Positions 38,891 to 52,330 of a stretch of 64,000 nt of DNA are shown here, piece after piece. Location: the NCBI RefSeq assembly GCF_964204645.1, contig NC_134032.1:5382275-5446274 (forward strand), in the 5' to 3' direction. Position numbers and translations under genes: made by a program. The notes beneath the pieces were generated by a model, which saw nothing but the letters and a program-made list of their open reading frames with translations, ran no database searches and was not told the DNA's origin. The stretch comes from Tubulanus polymorphus. Taxonomy: Eukaryota; Animalia; Nemertea. Position 1 is the first letter of the stretch; each line of letters begins with the position of its first letter.

Positions 38891-40439
38891 ATCTTCGAAT
38901 TCGAAAGTGGTTGTCGTCGTATTGTTATTTCTAGAGACCAGCAGTATGTTTTGCTACTGTTTCTGAATGGGGTTGACATGATGGAAATATATTACTCCTA
39001 AATAGGTTACACATCTGGATCACAGCACCTCACTTGCCGCAGTGCGTAATTTTGACTGCATAGTAATGCTAATACATAAACTTTTTTACTACTTGACTCA
39101 AAGCTTGACGCGAATCATCTGAACAGTACTGCGTTTGAAAACGAATAGAAAATGTTTGCGAGAAGCACCTGCAAATAAGTTATGATAAGATTAAATCTAT
39201 GGTTAATCGATGCTTAAAAAAACAATTAAATCACAGGCAAGATGACTAACAACCGTCTTTCAACCAATCAGCGCGATGCCAATTAATTAAATCATTAAAC
39301 GCATTAGGCTCCTAATATTTGTAATCATTTGTCGTTCTTTAAACTTGGCCACTTTTGTTTCAGAAAACCGCGTACTAGACCAGTGGTCACCAAGGCATTA
39401 AAAAAGTTTTGAAAATTCGATGGTAACGATTTGTCCGTCAAAAAACTGTTTCGTTAATATTTCAAGTTTTTTTTAACTCTTGTACAGAATTCACTATATG
39501 AAAAGTGTTCATAGGAATTGAAATTCGGTGTGATATCAGTCACCTGTTACCCCTTTTTCATTGTCAGTTCTTTATTGCACTATCATGCGCTCTTCTAAAA
39601 TAGAAAAGAGCATGTGTGTTTCGTTATAAACAAGGTTAAATTCCAAACGCACATGAAATATCACACAATATACACATCTAGCATTTTCTCTAACTAGGCC
39701 CTTTCCAAATGGCAATTGTTTAGTTTTTTAACGGCCGATATTCAGAAGCACCTAAAAACCAGTGGTAGCGCTTGAGATTTTCAGTGTAGGTCACATCTCA
39801 CATCGACTCGCAGTCGGTTCGTTTAATGGGAACACATCTGGTTGACACTAGTTTCACAGTTGACGAAATCAGAAAACTTTTTTCAAATGCCTTTGATAAC
39901 ATCTCAAACATAGTATTCTTCTTAATTACATTTCGTTGATTCCATAGATATGTTTTTATGAAAATTGCTCCAGTTATAACGGATTCAAACATACATGTGA
40001 AATCATTATTTTCATAACATTCAATTTTCTTCGCTTTTGAAGAAATTCTGACACAATATCATCTCCACTCGACACATGATTTTACTTCGGCGCCTTTAAG
40101 GGAGTGTCCCTTAAAGTTGAGTTCTTACTTAGTCAAACAAGGAGATATGCCTGATTCCTTTTTAAAATTTAGATTTCGACAGATATCATCAAATTACTAG
40201 AAAGGGACAGCAGCGTTCGGTCATCCACGAAAAATACCTAAAATGCAGTCCTAGGGTTATGGAAAAACAGGACACGAAACATACAGAAAAATCCTTTGTT
40301 TGGTTGACTGAAATTATTATTGAACTCTTAAATAGCGACATTCAGAGAAACAAAAACATAAGAATATAATCTCGCCCACCCGTTAAAAAACATAACGTAA
40401 TGATATGAGGCCATGTGTCATCTTTAATTGAAATCACAT

Positions 40440-43400
40440 TGTTACAATATGTATATCTAACTGATTTTGTACCGCCAGATGGCGCTTGAGAATTACTTTA
40501 TAAATGGTGGTTGCTCAGAATAAACGTGTTAATCTCTCTCGTTTTGACTGATTTAATTGATATAGAGGACGACACGAAACATGGTGGCAGCGGTGGCCCA
40601 CAATTAAGTGATCTAACGAGGGCACAGTGAATGTTTTGTGGACGTTTGATCCGAGTTTTGTTGCTTTACTGAGGATTATCAGAGAACAGACAGCATGTCT
40701 AACGAAAACGTGTTGCCGCCCGCACCGAGACCCGTTGCCGGGATAAATCCACCAAAACCGCTTGAAATGGGAGATAATGTGGCGGAAAATTGGAAGCTAT
40801 GGAAACAGCAATGGGACATTTACAACATCGTAAGCAATTTACGCGCGCAAAGTGGTGAGTACCGTACCGCTTTATTTCTGCATTCGGTCGGGACGGAGGC
40901 TCTCAAGATTTATAACGGAATGAATTTCGAAAATGCAGGTGACGAGAATGATGTGGATAAGATAATTCAAAAGTTTGATGACTTTACGGTTGGCGAGATA
41001 AACGTTACGTACGAACGCTACATATTTAATTCGAGGAATAAAAAGGCGGATGAGTCAGTGGATAAGGGATAAGTACGTCCCAGATTTGAGAACGCTGGCC
41101 CGAACGTGCGATTTTAGTGATTTAGCTGACTCGTTGATAAAAGATAGAATTGTTCTTGGTATAGATGATAGTGACGTGCGGAAGAAGTTGCTCGAAACGA
41201 AAGAGTTAAACTTGTCTACGTGTATCAATATTTGCCGCGCTGCAGAATCATCCAGCAGGCAATTGAAATCTATGTCAGCAGACGCTAGTTGTACTGTTAA
41301 CAAGGTCAATGGGAGCGACCAGACGAAGAAGAATTTTAGTGGCGCCAAAACAACCGCTTCTAGGAATTATCGGTCTCGTAATTCCGGCGGGAGAGGAGAA
41401 CCAATGAACTGTCGTTATTGTGGCGCTCAACACCCACGTGATCGCGCATTTTGCTCAGCGTGGGGAAAGACCTGCAACAACTGCGGATTGAGCAATCATT
41501 TCGCGTCTGTGTGTAAACAACCTAAGGGGCGAAAGGTCAACAGAATCGAGCAATCAGACGACGACTCGGAGTACGTATCGATACAAAACGTATATTCCGA
41601 TAAGAACTGTGTAAAAAATGACATTTATGCTGAAATGTCAATCGGAGGGCGATCGATCCGTTTTCAAATTCACTCGGGGGCTTCGGCAAATTTGATTCCG
41701 ATTAAGTACGTAAAGAACATCAAGGAAATTCGGCCTACAACGAAGAAGCTCAAGATGTGGAACAATAGTGTTCTGAACCCCGTTGGTAAAATTAGACTAG
41801 CTGTGGTCAACATGCATAACAAGAGACGATATTCATTAGAATTTATTGTAGTCAATGAACGATTAACACCCATAATCGGGTCTCAATCTGCACAGTTGAT
41901 GCAGTTGATAACGGTTAATAATAATAATTTTTTGAGAGTTAATCAAATCGAAGGTCAGTCCCCTGAGGTAAATTCTATTTTATCAGAGTATGAAGATGTT
42001 TTTCGGAAAGAAGTGGGTACACTTCCAGGGGTTGTTCATTTGAACGTAGATCGAAATGCAGTTCCGGCAGTTATGCCTATTAGACGTATACCTCATGCCC
42101 TGAAGAATAGGGTAAAATTGAAGATTGACAGTTTAGTAAACAATGGTGTATTAGCCAGTGTAGACGAACCTACACCGTGGGTAAATTGCCCTGTTATTGC
42201 CGAGAAGAAGTCGGGAGATGTAAGACTGTGTCTAGACCCACAGCAATTAAATAAATATTTAATGAGAGAAAGATACCATAAAGTACATACCTGTACTGGA
42301 AGATATTTTACCTGACATGAAAGATGCGAAAGTTTTCAGTAAATTCGATCTTAAGTCGGGGTATTGGCATCTGCGCCTCGACGAAGAATCGAGCTTACTT
42401 ACTACTTTCAACACTCCATATGGGAGGTATAGATGGCGCAGGTTGCCATTTGGGCTCAGTGTATCTGGTGAAATATATCAGAAACATTTAAACCAAGCAC
42501 TCGAAGGCTTGGAGGGCACCTACTGTATCCATGACGATATTATACTTGTAGGAGTAGGGACAACTATTGAACAAGCCATAGCTGATCATAGCAAAAAGTT
42601 AAGGGCTTTTTTGCAAAGATGTAGAGAAAAACAAATTGCTTTGAACTTGGAAAAATTAGAATTGTTTAAGAAAGGAGTGCCATTTATTGGTCATAAACTA
42701 ACAGATAACGGCCTAGAGGCGGACCAAAGTAAGATTGAAGCTATTTTGAAAATGCCGGCGCCCACTGACGTGGCGGGCATACAGCGTATCAACGGCATGG
42801 TAAATTATCTCGCGAAGTTTTTACCTAATTTATCAGATGCTTTAGGTCCGCTTAGGAAGTTAACGCGTAAAGATACTGAGTGGTCTTGGGGTCCCGATCA
42901 AGAGTCGGCCTTTGCCAAGGTCAAAGAATTGGTTACGAAAACTCCGGTTTTGGCGTATTATGATCCCAATAAAGAGCTAACATTGCAGTGTGACAGCAGT
43001 CAATCTGATCTGGGCGCGTCCCTGATGCAGGAAGGACGTCCAATCGCCTATAGTAGCAGAGCATTAACTGACGCTGAAACGCGTTACGCGCAGATCGAAA
43101 AAGAAACTCTTGCTATTGTTTACGGCTTAGAAAAATTTAATACGTACACATATGGCCGCAAGGTTACAGTTGAAAGTGACCATAAACCTATCGAGGCTAT
43201 AGTTAAAAAACCTTTGTCGCGCGCGCCTAAACGTTTGCAGGCTATGTTACTTCGTGTCTATAAATATGATGTCGAGATAAAGTTCACTCCGGGGTCGAAG
43301 ATGTTCATCGCGGACACCTTGTCTCGCGCATACCTAGATTCTGGATCGGAGACAGCGGAGTTTGACAGTATCAATATGGTTCGGTATTTGCCAATTAGCG

Positions 43401-45000
43401 CTGCGCGTTTATCGGAGATTAGAGATGAAACCGATAAAGATGATACCATGCAGATATTGAAAGAAATTATTTTGAGAGGGTGGCCAGATGAGAGAAGTTC
43501 AGTGCCTACTGAAGTTACTCCATATTTCTCATTTAGAGATGAGTTGTCAATTCAGAACGGTATCATTTTCGCGGGGAACGCGCTGTGATTCCCAAGTCGA
43601 TGTATAACATTTAAAAGACAAAATTCACAGTTCACATCTTGGCATCGAATCCTGTTTACGTCGTGCCAGAGAATCGGTCTACTGGCCAGGTATGAACGCC
43701 CAGATGCGCGAATATATGTTGTCGTGTAGTTTATGTCGTGAGCATGACCAGGCCCAGTCCAAAGAGCCTATGCTGATCGAGACTCCCCCAGCTAATCGAC
43801 CGTGGGAGAAGATCGGTGTCGACTTATTCAATTTGAAAGGGGAAGATTATCTAATAACAGCAGATTATTTCAGCAATTTTTGGGAGGTAGATCGGTTGGT
43901 CAAGTCCACTAAATCGACTCCTGTCATAGCAAAACTTAAAGCTCATTTCGCGCGATATGGCATTCCGGACATTATCATTTCCGATAATGGACCTCAGTTT
44001 GCCTCGAAAGAATTCCGTAAGTTTATGATTGATTGGGACATTCGGCATCGTCCTATAAACCCGTATGACAGTAAGTCTAATGGACAGGCTGCGTCGGCGG
44101 TCAAAACCGCGAAAAGACTTCTTAAAAAAGCATATGAGGCGAAACGAGACCCCTATCTTGCGATACTCGATTTTAGAAACACGCCCACTCAGGGCTTAAA
44201 TGTCAGTCCGGTCCAAAGGTTTATGAACAGAAGAACCAAGACTATGATGCCAACGACGGCTAATCTATTACGGCCGAAAATTAGTTTATCAGACGGGTCC
44301 GAGAAAAAACGTAAGCAGGCCGAATATTTCAACCAATCGGCCAAGAACCTTAAACCGTTAGACGAAGGTGATATTGTTCGCATGAAACCATTTCCGGGGC
44401 ATGGAACAAACTTAAAGGCGACGGTCACCGAACGCGTCGGAAATCGCTCTTATCTTGTCGAAACTGGCGGCAATAAAACGTACAGGCGCGCAAGACATCA
44501 TCTCAGAAAGACCAACGAAACGACCGTTGAACCGGCTGTAGATTCTGATAATACAGTTGAAAACCGGCCTATATCGGAACCGGTAGCTAACGAGACATCC
44601 GTTTCAGATAGTCAAAATTTAAGTCGACCTGAAAGGCAACGTAGACCCCCTACCTATTTAACTGATTACGTGTGTAATTAACTCTGAAGAGAAACAGATA
44701 TTAATCGCAATCTTGTAATGTTGTACTGAATCACATATAATATTATGTATCATTTTAATTAGTTTTAGTAATTAGTTAGCTATATACATGTATGCATCTT
44801 TTGAAAGTAGTTTTAGGAAAACAAGTTTTTTTCTTTTTATAGGAAAAGGGATGTTACAATATGTATATCTAATTGTATTTTGTACCGCCAGATGGCGCTT
44901 GAGAATTACTTTATAAATGGTGGTTGCTTAGAATAAACGTGTTCGAATTAATCTCTCTCGTTTTGACTGATTTAATTGATATAGAGGACGACACGAAACA
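40440..45000 (+). mobile_element. Ty3/Gypsy LTR retrotransposon, Mag-like, full length but inactivated
   Basis: TG...CA LTRs at 40440-40581 and 44852-45000, TSD CACAT, PBS TGGTGGCAGCGGT (complementary to a tRNA-Leu 3' end), PPT AGGAAAAGGGA at 44841-44851. Confidence 0.96.
40695..44681 (+). pseudogene. Gypsy gag-pol (Gag with two Zn knuckles, protease, RT, RNase H, integrase), frameshifted
   Basis: CNNCGLSNHFASVC, protease IHSGA (expected DSGA), DLKSGYWH, IHDDI, CDSS...YAQIEKE...DHKP, PWEKIGVDLF, SDNGPQF, SNGQAASAVK. Frame breaks near 41065, 42290 and 43580. Confidence 0.93.
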
Positions 45001-45215
45001 CACATTATATTCATTCTCATGCGAGGATGGGTCTCCAAATTCATAGGATAAGGAGAATAATGGTTTGAATGATGAATACAACTGATAAAGCGCCAATTTC
45101 ACTGATTCTTGCATATGCTTGCAAATGCTCAAGCGCTTTACAGTAATCGAGTAAACTGGTGCGTTTTCAGGAGTCTTTTGAATTTGAATTCAAATCGGGT
45201 GTTCATGACGACTAT

Positions 45216-45622
45216 AGGCGCTTTTACGAAACTGAATCTTTGTAAATCGATTTAAGTTTCACGTTTACGGCACGCGGTTTAGTGAATCCGATTTGGTAAA
45301 TCAACTCGTTTATGGACGCGGTTTCGTAAATTGATTTATCAAATCGACTAACTTGCTCGGCGAGCAAGTTAGTGGCGATTTAGTCAGTGAAATCCAACAT
45401 GGCGTCCTCTTCGACCGCAGGCTAAAGACATCTATTGCAGACCATCATCTATCAATAATTCGGTCACCATTGACGCCCATTTCCTTTCGAATCGCGACCT
45501 TTAGATTGATAAATTGATTCGACTCATTTACGAAAAACGATTCGATTTACTAATCCTTACGTTTTCCAACATCGAATCGGATTTAGCTAAACCGAATCAG
45601 ATTCAATTTCGTAAAAGCGCCT
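45216..45622. mobile_element. MITE (Harbinger-like)
   Basis: TIR AGGCGCTTTTACGAAAYTGAATCT and a 3-bp TAT duplication. Confidence 0.7.
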
Positions 45623-47514
45623 TATAATTGAGCATTCTAGGGCTGGAGCAAGAAACGTGTGGGATCGTCCGCCAAGGTATCGCTAAGGAGTCAGTCCGTG
45701 GTGGCTTTTGAAAGCGACGACCGCATATGAATGCATTGATTGAATCACATCTCAAAAGTCAGATTATATAAAATTAAACATGATATACGGATAGGTTCTT
45801 CCAATTAGGCCTATACTGGTAAAAATGAAATGACCCAATATGTGATATAAATGTTCAATCAAAAAGTAGAAAGTGAATCCGTAATTCAGTATGGTAGGCC
45901 TATTGTTACAACATCAAACACTCAAATTCAATCCTTTGTTAAATTGGAAGCCAGTGTAGATGAGCAAGTATCGTGGTCCCTGATTTTAGTTATCGTAATA
46001 ATTCAAGCCACGCGATTTTGAACTGTTCAACAAGTTGGAGTTTGTGTAAAGATGAATGAGTTTGAAATGGAGTGGACTTCAGATATTACTGTTTGCATGC
46101 CTATGTCTATTACTTAATCTTTTTACTAATCATAGAAAATTGTGGTAAAATATTTGACTCGACGGTTGGTTTTAGATTGTATCTCTCCAAGCCAGAGGTA
46201 ATCACGGATATCGGACTACAAAAAAATTCCTTGTGTAAAGCTCAACTTTGTAAATTCCTGGAAAAGCTCGCCTCGGATATTTCAATAATGATTAAACATT
46301 AATTTTCCCAACGAAAAACCTAAACAACCAATGTACGCTTGCTTTAAGTTTACCAATGCACTATCGTTGCTTTTTCTAGCTATTTGTACTGTTTGCCGCA
46401 AAAAGATTGCATCCTCTATTACAGGATTTAAGGATACAACTCTAAAACCAGTTAGTTTAAATTAACCATTATTCAATATGATACATGACCAAATACACTG
46501 TTAATATGAAAAAAATCCAATATGTACACATTTCAAATCTCAAACCAAGTTTTATCATTAGAAAATAACGACACAACGTTCGATCGTTCACGAGAGATCA
46601 TCTTTTTGAATTTGTACACAGTGAATTTTCGTATCGTATTATGGTATTATCAATTCTCCGCATTTGAGTGTGACTATTCTACGAATACAAAGTTATTTTT
46701 AGCAATGAAGTTTTAATTGTCATTTTAAATGTTAACTATCCACTGGTATGTAAACTTACTAACTTTTGGCAACTGACCTCAAATCGTGGAATGGGCTCAA
46801 GTAGCCTGCTGATCCACTCTTTATTAATACTACTAAAGAAATATTCAGTATAAGAAGTAAAAAGTATATTAAAGTACTATTTATCTTTATATCGCAATAA
46901 TTTGTGTACGTATGATTAAAAAACGATATTCTATGGAGTCTCGTGTTACGTACTTATTGTGTATAAGATCAATAATTAGCAACCTTCCACGGATACGAAG
47001 CGGCCTAAGTTTACATCCTACCATAATTTTCTCTAAACTCTCAGCATTATATCGAGATCGGTCTTAGAAAATATATGAAGGACGTGTTCACTGGTTAACG
47101 AGGCCAAAAATCTTCCTCAAAATTTCAAATTTTTTCGAGCAAAGATAATATACTTCATGCTTTTGGTGCAGAAATAATGGATGTCCACAAATTGCAAATT
47201 GTGTTTTCAAAGTAAACGATCCGAGTGTTGAATTGTTTCGAATTCAGGGTTCTCCCATTTACTCTCCGGTATTTTACAATGTTTCAATAAGATACGTAAG
47301 TCGCACTTTTGTTGTGATACAGCTTTCTCTATTGGTCAGCGTTGTGATCACTTAAAATTACCCATAAGTTTGAATTCTCACTGAACTACTACATCCCTTA
47401 TAACGAATATATATTTCATATGAGGCGATTAACTTTTAACATCTGCGGTCAGTGGACAGCAGTTACGAAACATTCAAAACTACTACATTATCTTCCATCT
47501 ATTCATTATTCATA

Positions 47515-47695
47515 TATATGATATGATATGATATGATATGATATGATATGATATGATATGATATGATATGATATGATATGATATGATATATGATATGATA
47601 TATGATATATGATATGATATATGATATATGATATGATATATGATATGATATATGATATGATATATGATATTATATGATATGATATGATATGATAT
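47515..47695. repeat. (ATATG)n / (ATATATG)n microsatellite
   Basis: Directly visible. Confidence 0.95.
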
Positions 47696-48804
47696 CTCCT
47701 TTAGTGTTCAGTTTAAACGTCTTGAACGCAAAAGTTTGACAAGTTTCGCATAATGGTACCGATACCCACGTTCACACTAGTGAAATGTGCACGTTACAGG
47801 CTAAAATGCGCACGTTACAATTACAAATCGAAACGTTGTTCGTTCAAAACCCGATGTGAAAATCTTTTGCATTTAGTGGGAAATTTCAAAGTTAGCTCGC
47901 TTCCTACAATAAAAATTGGACAAGACTTTTAAAAAGCTTGTACAGGTAAAAGAGTTGTTATATTTACGTTCAGACCGAATGAAATTATTTGATACGAGAC
48001 ACGACTAAGTTGTGTCCGAAACAGATAAATATAGCTATGTGGTCAGTATTGGTCAAGATTTGGTCACTTGAATAGTTGTTAGATGAAAGCCCCTACCATT
48101 TCTAATTATTTGACACCAAACACGACTGTGTTGCTTCTAGAATAAACAAATTACTTTAAGGTCAGTATTGGTAAAATATTGGTCAGTTAAATAGTTGTTA
48201 GATCATAGCCCGCACCCTAGTAGCTCGACGCCCAAACACGATTTTATTGCTTTACTAAACATATAAATTACATATGGTGGGTTCTAGTTAGTGGTAACTG
48301 GTCAGTACTGGTCAAGCATTGGTCAGTTAAACAATTTTTAGTTTAATGTCCACATTATATCTAGTTATTTGACACCAAATAACTTAATTGTTTGCAAAAC
48401 AGATAATTTACTATATAGCCAGTACTGGTCATGCATTGGTCAGTTGATAGACCAAGGTCCACGCCACGAGTTATTTGATACTAAACATTATTGTGTCGTT
48501 TCAGAAAATTTATCTGTTGGGCAATTTGTGGTCAGCCCTGGTTCGTTAGTTCTTATTTTGCGGGCATTTTATCTCGAACCACCGAAAGACTGAATTACTA
48601 ATTAATTCAACAGATCATTAATTAATGGAAATGAAGATCAGTGTTAACTAAGTCCTTAGTCTGAATAAAATGTATGTGGTATTATATGGGTGCTATGGTG
48701 CTGTACACCGAACTGTAACTTTTTATTTTCACTACTACCGTAATTGACTATGATGTTTTCAAGTGGTCTTAAGTACCGCTAATAGCCGAAAGTCGTTGAT
48801 TTAT

Positions 48805-51085
48805 GTTTAGGTTTAGGTTTAGGTTTATTTATTTCGCTCTAACCAAACATTGGTACATAGAGGTTACAAGAATTTGTACAATAAAATTTATAATTTACAA
48901 AACTTAAAAACAAGAAAACAGAGATACACATAGAATAGAATAATAATAGAGATAACAGATATGTATACATGAATTTTACTTAAGTAGCTTGAGACCAGCA
49001 TTTACAAATCTAGCGAGTTTAATTAATATATTGTTATTTACAGCATTAAATAATTGTGACATTTTAAAAGTGTTTAGTCTATTTACATAAAAAGGTGTTA
49101 AGAAAACTCTTCGTATATTGTTTAGTTTGGAACATTCAAAAAGAAAATGAAATTCATCGCCGATTTTGTTAAGACTACAATATGTACAAATACGTTCGTT
49201 TCTATCAATATTTACATTGCTAAGTTTGTTTGCATCTAATTTACGGCTACCGATCCGAAATTCAGCGAGACTATACATGAGGTGGTTCGGTACAACGGAT
49301 AAATAGTTTTCATAATCATATTTAAGTTTAAAGATTCTATAATTTACGCATATGTCACTATTTTGCAATTTTTCCCTCCATGTCTGAATGTATCTATCTT
49401 TTAGATATTGTTTTATGATATTTATCGACCGTAGATCGATTACCTGGTCTTGCCACACAAAGTTCAGCCCACAGTTTTGTATAATTTCCTTAATTTGGCA
49501 AATCCAATCAGATACATATAAATCTTTTCTGTATAAGTCGTACAAAATATTATACATTACTAGATTCAGCTTTGACTTGTTAGCATTCAAAGTTTTGTTC
49601 CAATAATTAATCATTCTAAGTTTAATAGTAGTCGATAAAGGTAATCTCGCCATATATCATAGTATTATGGCAGAATTTTGGTACTTTTAGAACTAATGTA
49701 CAAAACCTTGTGTGGACTTTTTCTAGTATATCGATATTTTCATGGCCCCATATTTCACACCCGTACAATAGAATTGGTGCCACACAACAATCAAATAATT
49801 TAAAAAGTAAGTCTGGAGGAAGATTACATCTTCTGCCTTTTTGAATAATAGCAAACATTGCTCGAACAGCTTTGTCGTGGATTGCTTTTTTCGCTTTTGT
49901 AAATTTTCCATCCCAATTAAACAAAATTCCAAGATAATTGTACTCATCTACTCTTTCCAATGTCTCATCACCGAATAGAAAATCGGGAAGGTTTTTTAAT
50001 CTTTGCTTCGATCTTGCGAAAATCATTATTTTCGTTTTATCAATGTTAACAAATAACTTGTTTACTTGGCAATAATCATATAGTATATTTAAATTGTTTT
50101 GTAATTCAGATTCTGATTCTGCAAATAAAATTGTGTCGTCTGCATATAATAATACAAATAATTTCTGTAATACCTCAATTTCTTCTTCAAAACTTTTTTT
50201 GTATAGGTTGCTAATAAAGGTGAGTGAGTTACTATTGTTATCGTTGAAGAATTTATCAATATCGTTAAGGAAAATGGCGAATAACAGGGGAGAAAGACTT
50301 TCACCCTGTCTTACTCCGATGTTTGAAAGGAAAAAATTTGAAGTATCACCTTTAAACGATACACAAGATTTGGAATTCAAATAGAGGTTGTGAACGGTGT
50401 TAAAAAAGAGACCTTTTATACCTAAAGCCATCATCTTTTTCCATAAAGCAATTCTCCATACGGAGTCAAAGGCCTTGCGGAAGTCTACGAAGCAACAGAA
50501 AAGACGTCTACCTTGATTAAGGTATAGCTCAACAACAGATTTAGATGTGAATAGATGATCGGTAGTAGAATACCCCGCTCTAAAACCTGCTTGATTTTCA
50601 CTTAAAAGTTGATTTACCTTCATAAAACATGTTAATCGATTATTAAGGATATTTGTAAAAAGTTTGCCTAAACAACTAACTAGCGTTATACCTCTATAAT
50701 CCGTACAATTAATATTGCCTTTATTCTTAAATATCGGTTTAATAGAGCCTATAGTCCAGCTTTCTGGGATAATGCCACTCATCAATACAATATAAAAGAG
50801 TTGAAGAAAGGATGAGCGTAAGTTATCATCGGAATTTTTTATCATTTCATTACAAATTAGATCGATACCGGTAGCTTTGTTGTTTTTTAAGGAAGAAATG
50901 GCTTTATTTAATTCTAGCATAGTTATTTCAGCATTAAGCATAGAGTCATCTATATCGTCTAAAAGTAGATCTGTTTCCGTATCCAAAACTTCAGTCTCAT
51001 CGTGAGCGTTTAGGTTAGCGAAGTGATCAAAAAAGTCATTGGATGTAAGGGTGACAGTGTCAGTTGGAATGTTAGAATTGCTGTA
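48805..51085 (-). mobile_element. 5'-truncated non-LTR retrotransposon (RTEX-like LINE)
   Basis: RT ORF 49622-51109 (YRGITL, QAGFR, FVDFRKAFDSV, GVRQGESLSP, LYADD, YLG) frameshifts into 48976-49653 with the C-terminal RICTYC...DEFHFLFEC knuckle. AATAAA and an (AAACCT)n tail follow. No endonuclease domain left. Confidence 0.88.
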
Positions 51086-51917
51086 TGTGAAATTTACACA
51101 CAGCGCCACCCGTTGGTAGTAGAAGTCACCCGAGCAATACGGGTGTTAAATAGATACGCTAGCAAACCGGCATTCTCATAATGGCCGTTGGCGTCATTTC
51201 CATTCCATTCCACAGTGAATTAAAAAGAAATTTAGTTAGATCCGTTTTGTCAAAAAGCTGCATCATTTATATAACTAGCTGTCAAATTTAATTTACCTCC
51301 TTCAGAGAATACCATAGTGACATAGTGACGTCGCCCAACGTGTTGACAAAAGCAGCGGACACCGGCCCGGAAAATATTTCAAAACGTGTATTGTTGGTAC
51401 CTAGCACGATTTCAGCGTTTTTCGGGAATTCCCTGAAATTTCGGCGTTTTGCGGAAATTCCCTGAAATTTCAGCGTTTTTATTTCAGCGTTTCAGTGATT
51501 CAGCTTTCTCAGCGAAGTTCAGGAACCGTGTATATGTGGCATAAAAATTCCTCAGTTGCGTTCACTCGAGACTGACCCCATTCAGTGCGCCACATATATA
51601 TAAAGATACTAAAAAACTACAGATCTAGTACACCAGCTCTATCACTGCTTATAGGGACACTGACACAAACAGACGCACTGACGCGCTGTGGGAATGACAC
51701 GTAGGCAATACACATACGTAGATGGATACTGTTTGAATCGGGCTTAAATTTCGATGTTTAGAGGCTCACAGTGTGTAAGCAGTGCAATTCTGATTAATAT
51801 CACGTACAGTATTTGTCAATGCAGCATAGTACTTGTGATACAGAATGGTTTCACCGACAGTGAAAGTAAGTTGCAGTTGTTTATATCCTTTCAGTAAGAT
51901 CCAGTGTGAAAAAGAAT

Positions 51918-52330
51918 ATAATAATAATAATAATAATAATCAGCAGGAATACAATAGGGTTTCTGCGAAGGCTGCAGAAACCCTAATGATAATAATAATC
52001 AGCAGGAATACAATAGGGTTTCTGCGAAGGCAGCAGAAACCCTAATAATAATCAGCAAGAATACAATAGGGTTTCTGCGAAGGCAGCAGAAACCCTAATA
52101 ATAATAATAATCAGCAGGAATACAATAGGGTTTCTGCGAAGGCAGCAGAAACCCTAATAATAATCAGCAGGAATACAATAAGGTTTCTGCGAAGGCAGCA
52201 GAAACCCTAATAATAATCAGCAGGAATACAATAGGGTTTCTGCGAAGGCAGCAGAAACCCTAATAATAATAATAATAATAATCAGCAGGAATACAATAGG
52301 GTTTCTGCGAAGGCAGCAGAAACCCTAATA
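51918..52330 (+). repeat. Tandem array of seven Helentron 3'-end hairpin units separated by (AAT)n
   Basis: CAGCAGGAATACAATAGGGTTTCTGCGAAGGCAGCAGAAACCCT x7. A single copy ends the element at 33751-33797. Confidence 0.9.

Larger units (their letters stand above)
35322..51528. mobile_element. 16.2-kb TIR element with 9-bp TSD (Mutator/Foldback-like, apparently non-autonomous) carrying nested elements
   Basis: ~155-bp inverted repeats at 35322-35476 and 51353-51528, exact TSD TGTATATGT (35313-35321, 51529-51537), and it cleanly splits a family B repeat. Confidence 0.85.

Noticed and set aside
51918-52330. CRISPR-like array of palindromic repeats
   Set aside because: The 'spacers' are only (AAT)n, there are no cas genes, the context is eukaryotic, and the unit equals the 3' end of a dispersed repeat at 33751-33797.
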